Shown in pieces: positions 13,709 to 26,669 of a stretch of 64,000 nucleotides of DNA. The stretch lies in contig NC_087436.1 in the NCBI RefSeq assembly GCF_036321535.1, positions 54,748,001 through 54,812,000 on the forward strand, given 5' to 3'. How positions within the stretch are numbered: the first letter of the stretch is position 1; each line of letters opens with the position of its first letter. The position numbers were made by a program, and so were the translations under genes. This stretch comes from Camelus dromedarius. Taxonomy: Eukaryota. The notes under the pieces are model-generated. The model made no database searches. It saw only the letters and a list, made by a program, of their open reading frames with translations, and was not told the origin of the DNA.

Positions 13709-14014
13709 TGCCCCTTTTATCAATGAAGAAACTATGGCATAGAGAAATAAGTAAACTTCCCAAGCTCCTATAGCTATTAGATGTCAAGAGCTGGCTGTTA
13801 AGCCTATGTAATATTACTAAGAACATGCATGTTTATGTGCCTTGCGACTCACAGGGGAAAGTGATCCACAAAAGAAGGTATTAGAGGAAGGCTAATACAT
13901 TCCCTCTTCTCCCCTTATTTACATATTTTAGTTAAAAGTTTAGGCTAGATGAGATTTCATAGGAAGGACATATTCAATATAGCAAAAATAAAAGCTGGTT
14001 GAAGATGGAGTCAG

Positions 14015-14205
14015 TCATTGTGATGTGCTAGAAAAAAGACTTGGAGTCAAAAATACTGCTTTCATATTAATCTCCACCACATAGTCTTATAGGTGGGCTT
14101 CATTCCTCCTATATATAAAATGGCTAAAGATAATCCCTACCTCATATATTGTGAGGATCACATGAGATAACATATGCAAGATATTTTGTAAAGTATTATA
14201 GCAAT
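14015..14205 (+). mobile_element. MIR SINE
   Basis: gacttggagtcaaaa...cttcattcctcctatatataaaatgg...ataatccctacctcat..ttgtgaggatcacatgagataa. Confidence 0.75.
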
Positions 14206-14329
14206 GCTGGTTTTCATCATCATTAGAACAGGGTATGATCTTGCCTAGAGTGTATGCAATGATTGCGGGTTAGAGTATATCACTTCTTCTCTTTCTAATG
14301 TGCTACAGATTCTGTTGTTGCATAGGTGT

Positions 14330-15400
14330 GTTATATGGCTACACACCACTTTCTTAGATGCTTTTGGCTCTTACAGACTCAGTCAGTCTCCCGAGGAACT
14401 ACGTACATACTGGGGAAATCTGGCTCAATCCGTGCTAACTAGCTGATGTAACTGACCTTCTTTCTTACATTGTATAATTGCAGTCCTTGTATCGGAAGTT
14501 ACTAACAGTGAGATCTGCAAAGAAGTTCAGAGACAGCCTAGCCCTTTGCACTTTCTTTCTATTAAATCCATTGCAAATTGTTGTGGCTAGATAGTTTAAA
14601 CAGGCTGAGAATGAGCCTCTTACATGTATAAAAAACATGTAAAGCAAAGCCATGTCCCTAGAATCATTCAGTGTTTATTCAAATCAGAAGTCTTGAAAGG
14701 ACGTGTTTCGTAAGAAGTAAAGAGAAAAGTTCAAAAGCTTAGCCGTGGCAATTACAGGAAACATGTTTTCGGTCTCTTCTTGTAGAAGCGCATGCATCTT
14801 ATCCTCAATGGCTGCCAGCCTTCTTGTCAGACCAATTACTTTAAAACAATTGTTTCATTTGGAATAGAAGCCACAGCCCAAGTGATTGTCCCTTGTCAGT
14901 GACACATTCAATTAAAACAGCTCTGAATAGGGGTTCTGGGGAGCCTACTGTGCCTTGTCCAATCTTATCAGTCAACAAAGAACAACCTTGGGGACTTCAG
15001 TGCCGACCAGTTCCACTGTCAGGTGGTTTGAACATGTTGCACCTTCCCAGGGTTCCTCAGAGTCTTTCGTCCCTGTGCCTTTTACAGCCAATAACAGGCA
15101 CCATCTCAGCAGTGTCTGGGTCCACAATGCCAAAAAAGCTTATGGCAGTAAATAAGATGGCAGCTGTGACAGTCCTGACAGCTGGCTAGAGCTCAGGGTG
15201 GCGGGCTGAACTGGACTGTGAGCAGTTGGAGCAGCAGTGAGGTATGACCACCATTACTGGCTGGCAGATGTCGGTTTCCACACTACTAGTTACTACATGA
15301 TGTGACAGACACACTCACGATTATTATATAGGTAGGCAGAACTTTAAACAAACTCCGGGCACCTACAACGTCGTATACCTTCCTTTGAATTCAGGAAAAT
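14330..15400. promoter_or_regulatory. Candidate conserved non-coding / enhancer or terminal-exon block
   Basis: About 1 kb with no recognisable TE and more retained CpGs than the surroundings. ETS CGGAAGT 14493-14499, GATA CTTATC 14798 and 14964, CCAAT 14959, several TGACA/TGTCA sites. Function is inferred only. Confidence 0.4.
14858..14974 (+). repeat. 117-bp dispersed direct repeat, copy 1
   Basis: Matches 15549-15665 at 113/117 positions by manual alignment. Confidence 0.95.
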
Positions 15401-15548
15401 ATAAATATTCTCATCAGAACAAAAATTACTTGCCTTTATAGTACTTGTATAATTGAAGAAGAATTTTATGAAGTAGCAGTAGCAGAAAATTGACTCCCCC
15501 ACATGAGAACTGGAATCAGTGAAAGTAATAACTGGTTTCAAAGAAAGG

Positions 15549-15665
15549 TTTGGAATAGATGCCACAGCCCAAGTGATTGTCCCTTGTCAGCGACACATTC
15601 AATTAAAACAGCTCTGAACAGGAGTTCTGGGGAGCCTACTGTGCCTTGTCCAATCTTATCAGTCA
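15549..15665 (+). repeat. 117-bp dispersed direct repeat, copy 2
   Basis: Matches 14858-14974; also seen as the shared peptide THSIKTALNR.SGEPTVPCPILSV in two ORFs of the track. Confidence 0.95.
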
Positions 15666-16734
15666 TGATTTCACATATTTCTTGGGATTCCTTTGTGTAG
15701 AAACTGTACATGTCCCCCATACATTTTCAATATTCTCCCATACTTTCTTTTCTTAGACAAGGAAGCAAACCTCTGTATTTTAATTCCTTTCCTTATTTTT
15801 GAAGAAGATTTTAAAACTACCTATTATCAGAGGAGATGAGTGTTATAAAATACATATTATCAAAACAGGTAAAATGGAAAGAAGCTGTAATATTAAGTCA
15901 TGTGTACCACTGTGAGTCCACAGATAAGGCAAAATGGATTTCTGTGGCCACATCAAGTCTGTGCAGAATTTGCTACTTTGTCATAGGGTCAACCAAGGTG
16001 GGCAAGCAGGCTCCAGGTCTGGAAATTTGTCATGGATCTAAAGTTGAAAGCTGTCAGACTAGATCTGGCAGCATGTAGTGACAGAGCTGAGCATAGTCAC
16101 AGAGACAAGTCTGCAAAATGACTCAGGCACAAACTGATGCCACTGCTCTCACCCCAACCCTGTGAGAGACTGAGGGCTGCTCACCTAAAACCAATTCTCC
16201 TAATAGCCAATCTCCCCAAATACTCATTAGCCTAATGATCATATTCCTAATAGAAATCTGTCACAGATGTAGCATTTCATATATAATAAGATGCCACTCT
16301 AAGCATTTTTAGGATATAGTAGGCTTAAAAAATTATTTTATAAAACTTTAAACATTTAGTCTTAATTGGGTGAAATACCTTGGAAATCTTTAAAAGTAGG
16401 CAAAATAGTCACTATGAAAGTTCACAAAAATGCCTCTAAGCTAATGCTATTTTAGTACAAATGAAAAGTTGTATATTTGATAAACAAACATCTTAATGAA
16501 TGTGTCATGAGGTAAATTGATCATTATGCCAATTGATTTTAAGAAAATTAGTTTTAGGCAATTTGACATTCCCCTTCCCACTCTGAAATTGTAGGATTTT
16601 TGATGTGCACAACAAAGCCACTGCCCAAGACATGGTTTGCTTAGCTCTACCCCCACATAAGATCAAGATTTCTAATATAAAGTTATGATAAAAACAGTCC
16701 AAAAATAAATATTTGTTATGGGCCAATAAACACT

Positions 16735-16930
16735 TGTTAAGTACTATACACCAGGCACTGTTCTGAATTAACTCATATAATCCTTACACTGACCCCGTGG
16801 GTTATCCCCAAATGTGGCTGAGGATAGGGCTGGGAACTGAAGTAAAGAGAAGCTAAATAATTGCTTAATTAAGTCATGAAGGTGGGTTTTGAACCCAGGC
16901 AGTCTGGGTCAGTGCTTTATTGCTTCAGCA
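16735..16930 (-). mobile_element. MIR SINE
   Basis: gtactatacaccaggcactgttctg...aatccttacac...ttgaacccaggcagtctgg. Confidence 0.75.
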
Positions 16931-19499
16931 GATAGGCTCTGCTGAGAAGTCATTAACTATGCAGCTCTAAGTGATTTTTCAAGCTGGGTGAAACACTAGA
17001 GGAGGTTGTGGGGATGTAGGTGATAGCCTCTGTACAGTTAAAAAAAATGTCAGGGCTATGCCTTCCTAGTGATAGCATTACTGGATGATCAGAAATCACT
17101 GCTTGAGAGGGGTTCTCTCTCTCTAAGTATATCTAATAATCTCTAGACCCTAAACAGATGAAAGACAACACATATCAAAAGGAGCATACAATGAGCAAGA
17201 AATTCCAGGCAAGCCCTATTAAAAGAGCAACAGTAGGACATGCTGATAATGTTCATATTCCTTCTCTATGCTGTCTGGTTGCTAATGGAGACACAAACTC
17301 TGTTTCCTCACCTTCATATGTTAATACTTCTGTGATGGATGGCAGCTGAATGTTTGAAGGATGTTACTCCAAGAAGGACTTCTTTGGCACTCTGAGCAAG
17401 GTGCCATAAGTAGGAGTTCGTGATGGGGATCATGTGTGTGCTTTTATACTGTTGAGGAGAGTGACCAGATCCATCAGAAATCTACTACACTGATGCATGA
17501 TCCAATATTTGGTGCTAAACATCAGTTAACTTCTGGATAATGGAAATTAAGTTCTGATACTACTATTGGCAGCACTTTCCATGTCCTTAGTCAAATAAAA
17601 CTTCTATTATGAGATAATTATAATGAATCCTAACACACAGTTCTCATGTAAATTTGTTAGTCAACTTATTATATATATATATATATATTATATTATGCAT
17701 ATTATATTATATATAATATATAAAACATATATAAAAACATATTATATATATATAACACAAACTATAATTTAGGAAACAATAAAAAAGAAAGTTCAGATTA
17801 GAGTTATTTAAAACTTAAAATTAGTATTGCTTGATGATTTATGCTTTAATTTGCAATATGAGGATAAAGACAAGAAAGGCATTTTGGTGTGGCTAAAGAA
17901 ATATTTACAAAAGGTAAAATGTACCTGCAATGCAACTAACCCACTGGGGACACTTTTTCCATGGAAGTAAAATGTCTTCCTGAGCTCAGCTGGTGATCAG
18001 TTTATGCCCTGAAGCATGATTATAATGTTAACCTTGAAAGGTCCAAGTGAAATGAGTTTGGTGGTCTCAGCCTATATATTTTTATATGCACTGATGCATG
18101 CCTTGGAACACATCTTGATGGACTGTCTGCAGAATAGCACAGCATGTATTTGAGATTACAATGTGACCCATAGTCTCCAAACTATTACTCCTATTTCTTC
18201 CCACATGATGCACCTCTCAAAATTCAGCCCAGGAGGGAGAAATGACTTCTTAATGACAGTCTGTACATTATTGATGGGGCAATAGGGTGGTAAAGAGATA
18301 ACCCTAGGTGTCTTGTTTGCCAGTTGATTAACCAGAGTGAGTGCATTCCCTGGGGAAAACATGCTTTGCAGAAAACCAGTTATCCATTCAGTCTCTCAAT
18401 GAAGACAACAGTGCAAAATTTGAGACCCTCCCCTTTCCTTGAAAGCTTGGTGGAGTATGACTCTTTAAATCAGACTGTAAATTAAGACATAAAATTAAAA
18501 TTGAAATATATACATTTATTTATATTAAGAACTATTAAGAACACTGGCTGAGGTAAATGACTGAGTAACATTATTTGTATTTCATTGTAAAGACGACAGG
18601 TCTCCTTGGTAATTTTTCTAGGTTTTAAGGCAAGAAATCTTTATATGTCTGGAAGGGATATGAGATCGCTATATCTATTGCATTTGATTCAAATAAAACA
18701 ATTAGAAGTAATCACATTATAGGGTAAAGACTTAGTATTTTAAGGAATGTCTAGTGAAGTTCTAATGTGACAGTACCACTCTCATGAAAACAGGGCAGAT
18801 CAAGTTGTTGCTCTCCAATCTTCTGCATCATTTTTGGAACCAGTTTGGTAATGTCAGTAGTTTATTCTCAGTATCCTGGAGGAGAAGACATTTAACTTCT
18901 CTTGAATCCACTGCTTCATGACAATAAACCAGCTCAGGAAGTCCTTCTGTTATATTATACAGGACTAGAATGTTGGATAAAATTCAATAGCAAAACTATT
19001 TCACAACTGAAAACTCTGCATGTCTCACTCCTTTGAACGTGAGTGTCAGGCTGATAAATAGCTTGCATTCTTTATATTTAACTTCTGTGAATGGAATTCA
19101 AGATTTTTTTTTCTCTGAGGCCATTAGGAATTTATGAACCATTTTTCTTTTCTCCAGTCTTCAGAGAAGAATCTACTTGAACAGAGAAGACTCCAAGGCA
19201 TTTGTCATTTTATATAGTGAGCCCATTAGCAGGCATTATACAGGAACCTAAGATTTTAGGAGTTCTGAGGGACTGGAACTAGGGCACATGTAGTTAAAGA
19301 ATACAGACTAAGCACAAACATTTTACTCTCCTTCATTGAGCATCTTTTCTTCTGTGTCTTACAGAAAAGTCAAATTATAAAATTATTCAGATGTTAGCAA
19401 TTTCTTCAAAAATTTCCATTAGTTATCATGTTTTAGTAGTGCTCTCTCCACACACCACTGCCGTATTCTTACTAGTCTTAACATGCTTAAGGAATGTTG

Positions 19500-19910
19500 G
19501 GTTCAAAATCCCTTGTGACTTCAGCATTTCTCCTCCTGGCTAATGCAAGAAATTCAGATACAACTAACATAAAAAAGGGAGATGAATTATTTAGCCTGCA
19601 GAAGAGAAGGGTAAGTGGGTTTGAGGATCATGAAGGAAATTTAATAATAGTTTTCATGTACAGAACAGATATTATACAGAGATTGATGGCAAGCTATTCT
19701 CTACATTTTCTGAGATCATAATAAGAGGAAATAAAATAGGAGAGACTAAGGCAGCAATGAGGAAACATTTCCTGATGCTGAAGTTTGTTGGTTATGAATA
19801 CGTTCAGTTTGTCATTCAATATTTATTGTTTCTGTTCTATGAGGTCATAGTTGCCCAGGATGGAATTATTTACTTAGAAGTCTTTTTAGAATATATTTAC
19901 ATTTTCTGTC
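19500..19910 (+). mobile_element. L3/CR1 ORF2 C-terminal fragment
   Basis: Translation LFSLQKRR....GNLIIVFMY resembles CR1 LFSLEKRRLRGDLI.V.KY, followed by ataagaggaaat...gaggaaacatttcctga. Confidence 0.7.
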
Positions 19911-20843
19911 TGAAATGATTTAGCTAGTTTTGTTTGGAGATAGAGAAACAGATCATTAGCTTTATGATTTTTGTAATTCCCTCAAAGACTCAAGGCAGAA
20001 AAAGTAAAATGTTAACAAAATGTTCACACAAACAGAACATGGGTTTTTCCCAACACCCATCTTAAGAAGGGTAGAAAAGAGCAATTAAATATGAGCACCC
20101 ATCAATGTAATCACTGAAGCTTCAACATCTTTAAATCTCTCTTTTAATCAGGGCCCAATGATAGCTGATTAATCTCTCTTGAGTTCCATTAATGTTCTCT
20201 TATAGAACTGACTGAGTATGAAGACTCACTGCTTTGGTGGCCTTAGCTACCAATCTAGTGGCTCCCCCTGAACAAAATGATTACCAGTGACCTGTGTACT
20301 TGTCTTTCTGCTTTGCTACCAATGCCACACTAACCTGCTTATTACTCAATTCCAATTTCTGCTCTTCTCTCCACTTAAGACATTTATTCCTCTGGCTTCA
20401 AATCTACATTATCATTAAAGTTAAGGAAAGTTTCTTCCTCATTAGAAAAATCATCAATTGCTCTTTCAGTCATCACAGCTTCTACTTTTTGCTGAGTTTG
20501 AGGAAAATATGTGAGTTGCAATATTTTATAGTAGATATAAAACTGTAAATCCTAACTGATAGTTCAGCAGTATGTAATAGTTGACCTCAAACAATTAAAA
20601 CACTTGTTTTGAATGAGTTCTTGCCTCCCAAGGCATCCCTCCTCATGTTTGCTACATTCTTGGTTGCCTCCACTGCTAAGAAGAATCCCGAGTCATGGAT
20701 CCTGGGGCTGTCAGTTATAAAACCATCCTCCCATTTTCCAATTACAAATTAGGTCATCTTGTAAACATAGCACCTGGTCATCAGTCTTTCAGTTGTACTT
20801 CTGCATAGTCTTAACTCTCCCATTTCATATACATAGGTAGAAG

Positions 20844-21501
20844 TGTTAGAGCAGGCAGATAGCTAGATATGAGCAGGGAAGGGGAATCCAGGCCACATGG
20901 CAGGATTTGGGCAAAAAGGATGGCAAGGGCCAAATGCAGGAACCCATACATCATAAAAACAACAGGAGTCCCTGGGCAGAGAAAGAAAAGCAGGAACCTC
21001 TGGGCTGGTAAGGGGTCATATATTTTGGGGTGACAAGTGGCTTGGAGGCTGACAAAGAAAGGTGGGAAAAGGCAGAAATCTCCAGTGTCCGAATGTAAAC
21101 TTTTTGTTCATTATGCCTTCATTTCAATAAAATTAGCCTTGCAGATTAGAAATACCCATCATGGACCCATGCCATGACACTTCTGATCCAGACTAAATAA
21201 AGACAAAAATCCCTCCTCCCTTTAAGAAGATGGAGTTGGGATGAAAATCAGGAAATATGACCCCAAATCCCTTCCTCCCCAGTGAATATTTCACTCGTTC
21301 ATTTTTACACTCTATGTAACCAACTTGCCAAAGACACTCAGGGCAGCCGCTTACCTGAGCCTGCCCACTCTCCCCTTGAGAGCATACTAGCTATCCCTTA
21401 ATAAATTGTCACTTTACTTTCTTAACTTCCACCTTTCATCTCTGGTTCTTTCTGCAACAGGAAAAGAACCTAGTCACCAGGAACCGACGTACTGAATTTT
21501 A
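20844..21501 (+). mobile_element. ERV1-class solo LTR
   Basis: Starts tgttagagcaggcagatagctagatatgagcagg, has AATAAA near 21400, and a plausible 4-bp TSD gaag (20840-20843 / 21502-21505). Confidence 0.8.
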
Positions 21502-22039
21502 GAAGAACCCATTATAGTTACAAAGACATACATATTAGCACTCATAGAACATTTGCTCTTGCATATGATCCTCATAAGTAACTTGCAGCCAGCATATAAT
21601 TGAATAGCATACACACAGGGCAGGTCAGGGAGGAAAAGAGGTAAAAAATGTGTGACTTAAAAAAAGTGACCCCAATTCATAAATATGATTATACCCTTAT
21701 TGGAGGAATAAATATAGGTTTATTAAGTCAGAGCTAAAATTAAACATTTTCAAAATCTGAATAGCTACTGAACAATACTTTCATCTATTGTATCCTGATA
21801 ATATATAGAAAACTGACAAACAACTTCAGGGAAAGACCAGAGGAAGTGCTTTCCTCAGGAACCTGAGGTATAAAGAAGGTTTGCAGCTTGCCCTTATAAG
21901 GCACACCCTGAGTGACAGAGAGGAAATCTGTATCTATATAAGGCTGAGTCCAAAACCAATACTTATTCCATATGAATCAACTTTTATAGTGAATATAAAA
22001 TGATCTCACCATGTTTTATAATACTTCAGTTCAAAATTG

Positions 22040-23345
22040 TAAATGTGTTGACGGCTTCAGTTGATCACTCCCTCTTCCCAGAGGCCCTTTGTTTCTTCAC
22101 TTGGTTTCTAGGACACAACTTCTCTGGGTTTTCTTCTTGCCTCAGGACTAACTCTTCCTGTCTTCCAAACTTCTTGTTCTTGAAAGGCCATATGCCTTAG
22201 TTCTTTCACCTGTCCATCTTAAATAATTCTGTGGAGAGCTCATGAAATCTTGTGGTTTTAAATACGATCTCTGTGCCAATGGCACCAAATTTACATCTAT
22301 GTTTTAGAACTTTACCTTGAACTGCAGACATGTATTCAACTGCCCACTTAATATCTCCCTCTGGATGCCTAATAGATATCCCATATTCAACATGCCCCAA
22401 ATTGAACTTGTAGCTCTGCCTCCCCTCCACAACCCTGCTTCATTTCAGTCACATTAATGGCAACTCTGTCGTACAGCTATTTAGACTGAAATCCTTAGAA
22501 TCCTCTTTTTTCCTTTCTCTATGCTTCACATCTAATTTATTAGAAAGTTGCTTTGGCTCTTCCTTCAAATAGTTCCGGAAGTAGACCACCCCCAAACATC
22601 TCCACTGCTCCTACAATTAGTTCCACAGCACCAACATCTCCTGCCTGGATTACTACTGTAGACTCCTAACATTCTGCCAGCTTCCACTCCTGCTTCCTAC
22701 AGTCTATTCCCAGCACAGCAGCAAGAGTGATTCTGTTTTACCATGAATCACGGAAAAGTTCTACTCAAACTCTCCACATTTTCTCAATATTTGTTAGAGA
22801 TAAAGCTATAATCCTTACAGAGTTCTTCCAGGATCTACCAGATTTGACCCTCTGTTACCCTGCTGACAGTATTACCTGTTCAAATCTCCCTTCCTCACTC
22901 TTCTCTAGTCACTCTTGCCAGAACTCTTACCTATTCCTCACATACTCTAGGTTGCACCTGACTCAGAGACTTTGTAGTGCTCTTGTCTCTGCAGGATGCT
23001 ATTTCTCCAGATAGCTTCATGACTTGCTCCTTAATTTCTTTCCACTCTTTCCTTGTATTTCAGTTAAGGAGACTTTGACTACTCCTTCCCTCCCAATCTT
23101 CTTTACCCTGCACTATTTTATCCTCTCCATGCCATTTATCACTTTCTAAAGTATTATGTAACTTAATCATTATGCTTATTTTTTTCCTTTTGTCTCTACT
23201 CACTAAAATATAAGCCCCACAAAACAGGTTTTCTAGTGGTATGTCATTAGAGAAATTCCCATAGCATGGAATGATACCTGAAGCAGTTGGCAGTGAATTA
23301 ATATTCTGAGGAAGAAAAAAAGATAGATGAATGAATAAATGAAAA
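22040..23345 (+). mobile_element. L2 3' region (about 1.3 kb)
   Basis: aactgcccacttaatatctccctctggatgcctaataga...caacatgccccaaattgaact; tcctgcctggattactactgtagactcctaac; tail gatgaatgaataaatgaa. Confidence 0.85.
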
Positions 23346-24527
23346 TAGAAAGAAAAGGAAAGAGGAAAAAAAGACTAAGAAGAAAAAGGCTTTATTATTA
23401 TCATTATTATTTTGGAATCTACATACTATATCTCTTACTTAAGGTGATAGCTCATTCTCTGGATAAACTATGGAAAAAACTTCAGAATAATCATTTACAA
23501 TAATTATAATGAGGAAGCATGAGGATGTAATGTATCCTGGAGGGGTTTCTAGCCAACCCCCACCCCCAACCCTATACATCTGGAATCGATTTGATCAAAT
23601 GCTTGTTGTAACTTTTCTATATTCAAAAATTTTCCTTCAAAGTAATATTTTTCCTATCTAGCTTATTTACTGTTTCTTCATTCTAAGCCACCATTCTGCT
23701 TTGGAATTCCATCATTTATTTTTGTCATCATCTGTTATTTTCCCACTAAATTAGTGATACCACAGCCTAATACACTCCCACTGCCCAAAAAAGTTTTTGG
23801 CATATAATACACACTAAACAAATATTTGTTGTGTTAATAAATAAGAACTATATGGATAACAGTCAACTCAGACTATTCAGTGAAAAACTTATATTATTCC
23901 AATCAAATTCTTCTAAGATTTGTTGTAAAGTTGATAGAATGCTCTGGCACCAAAGGTGTAAACACTGATTTACTCTCTGATTTTTCTCGGTATAATTTAT
24001 GACAATGCATATCAGAACACTAAAATGTGTTATGCATGATGGTTGTTACTATTTCCTTATTGTGTCTATGACTGATTTCTTAAAATAAGAAAATGTTAAC
24101 AAAGACTACATGTATATATATTTTTCTTTTACTTTCTCTTTTAAAAATGTCATCTAGCTATTTTGTCTTCATTAATTTTTATGGATATTGTTTGTTTTGT
24201 TAATTTTTGTGTTAAAATGAAATTAAAAGCTGTGAGTTTTGGGGTCTGGTCAATAGTTTAGAATCCAATCATTAGTAAAAGCTGCAGGATCTGATAGCAT
24301 TCTGATCCCAGATTTGAGGAGATGTTCCATCTGAAATTCCTTTGCTGCATTAAGATTTAAAAGCAACCCCTTCAAATCAAAATGTCAATGCTCTATTTTG
24401 AGACCTTGAGACTAACCACATCCATTTCTAGGCCACATTCTTAGACAGTATTCAGCTCTCTCTCTTCCTACTGCTCTTGGATGATACCTGTATATTATCT
24501 GTGCACATTCCTGCCTCTTCTTAAATG

Positions 24528-25158
24528 TGTAACCAAGTAGGACCCTATGGGGCCTTCCCAGGACAGACTTTTCCACCATGTCCCCTGCCTGCCTCTTGTC
24601 TGTACAAAAGTTTTAACCTTCTAGGCCTTCCCTGAGTTCCAAAGAACAAATTTAACCAGAGAAGTGAGAAAATGTAGAAGTAAAGGAAAACAGTCACACA
24701 AGATGATAACAGCTTAGCCATTAAACAAAGTCAAGGACATTTAGTTCCTCCTCAAGGGCTATGGATAATGTTCTGAGCCATGTCCTTTGAACTGTTCTGC
24801 AGATACTAAAACCCCCACCAGGTAGAAGAAGTTAACTGTATGCTGCCCACAAGCATGTAGACTCCAGACCAGTTGGAACCAGAAGGCTAATGATGTTGAC
24901 TCCTGATTACCTCGCCACCAACCAATCAGAAGAACGTCCATGAGCTGATCACTGACCCCAGAAGCCACCTAGCTCACCCTGTCTTTAAAAACCTTTCCCT
25001 GAAAGCTGTCGGGGAGTTTGGGCCTTTTGAGCACTAGCCACCTGGACTCCCTGCTTGGTGCCCTGGAATAAATGCTGCACTTTCCTTCACCACAACCCGG
25101 TGTCAGTAGATTGGCTTTACTGAGTGCAGGCAAGCAGATCACAGTTTGGTTTAGTAAA
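24528..25158 (+). mobile_element. ERV1-class solo LTR (MER41-like laurasiatherian family, tentative)
   Basis: Starts tgtaaccaagtaggaccctatggggccttcc; CCAAT box (accaatcaga), TATA-like ctttaaaaa, AATAAA near 25068, end tttggtttagtaa. Confidence 0.85.
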
Positions 25159-26004
25159 AGAGGTACAGAAAATATTTCTTCTCCTACCCGACAACTAGCA
25201 TAGTATTTTGTATGAAATAGATGCCGAATTTATTTAATCAATTTGATTAAATATATTACAGACAATCTGTGAAAAGAATAGAATTAACATTGTACTACTT
25301 CTACTAAAAATTATAAAGCTTCAGCATGCTGCCAAGTGGCCACGTCTATTCTCATTGATTTCCTGTCAATCATTAAATACATATTTTATTGTTCCATTTT
25401 ACTTCATTGTTCAGAATTACCCATTTCAGCCATAATTTACTACTTGTTCTATGCTATTTATGTCTGCTTGCTGGTTCTAAATGACCACACTATCACTTTA
25501 CACATATAATTCACACTGGATAGAAAGCTTAATACAGCTTCTGAACATTTGATCACTTCATAATGTCATGTTTTTGGAATAATGGTATATTGTATCCTAT
25601 TTCACTAAGTTAAAATGAGGGTCTAATAAAAATTATGGTGTCTTGAAAGTATAACTTTAGTATTTAAAATAACTAAGAGAATATATATATAGAAGTCACA
25701 TTTTCCCCCTTAATTGATCACTGCAGGCACATTCTGATGGTGCTGTTGTTGAATGGATGTCACTGTCAAAGAGCATGATATATCACATGACTTATGGGGA
25801 AATACAAGCTGAAACTGGCTTTTCCAGAACCTTCCTCTCTTATCTTTCTTCCTTTGCAAAGAGATCTACAAGTACCTAATTGTAGTTTACAATTTCACAT
25901 GAATGTTATTCATTTGTGATTAGATCATTTGACAGAGAGCACTGTATTGAATAACATTTTTTTTTCTATTTTGGCTGTTGAGACTTTAGGTAAGCTACTT
26001 CACT

Positions 26005-26502
26005 GTATTGCTACCCTGACATCCACTTTGTTTGGCCAAATGACCTGCAAGGATCTTAAACTGACACTAGCCCATCACGCCAACGTATGCCCTAGATAAC
26101 AGCTCGAAGAGTCACAAGCAAACGTTAAGTTCCTGATATGACTCCTCTAACCCTTGTAACTACGAGTCTTCCCACCTCCCAGGGCCTTCCCCTTGTGCTT
26201 AGGTAAGACCCCCATGTGACTTACCAAGGCTGTACTCTTTTGGTTTGAATTCACCGATCTGGTCCTAGTCTTAGAATCCCAAAGCACTCTGTCCGTGGAT
26301 CCTAATAGAGGCATGTTCCCCAGATCCTGTGGCTGTGTCTGCACTCTGCCTTGACATCCCCATGTAGCCTCTTGAGGCATGCCATGCTTCCCCCAGGGCC
26401 TGTGAGTAATAAATCTCTATTTCAGTTTCTCCTTTGGTCTGTTGTTAAACTGTGATTCACTATCAGACAACCTATGCTCCACTAACCAATGTTAATTTAA
26501 CA
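26005..26502 (+). mobile_element. ERVL solo LTR (MER73/MER74-like)
   Basis: ttgctaccctgacatccactttg start, gcctgtgagtaataaa poly(A) region, end ...gttaatttaaca. Confidence 0.7.
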
Positions 26503-26669
26503 AAATCAGAACATGGGCAAATTCATTTGCTAAAGTACAATATAAATATCAAATTGAGCAAAATTCAGCCAGATATTTTCTTCTTATGGACAGAAGCTCA
26601 ATAGACATTAAGCCCCTAAAAGGAGAATTGTAATTCTAGTGAGAGGAAATATATTGGATTAAGTGATTA

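Noticed and set aside
14858..15665. Direct repeats as LTRs of a mini-retroelement or a CRISPR-like array
   Set aside because: No TG..CA ends, PBS, PPT or TSD; only two copies of 117 bp, in mammalian context with no cas genes.
17660..17760. AT-rich quasi-palindromic stretch
   Set aside because: Low-complexity (TA)n-derived sequence with no evidence of function.
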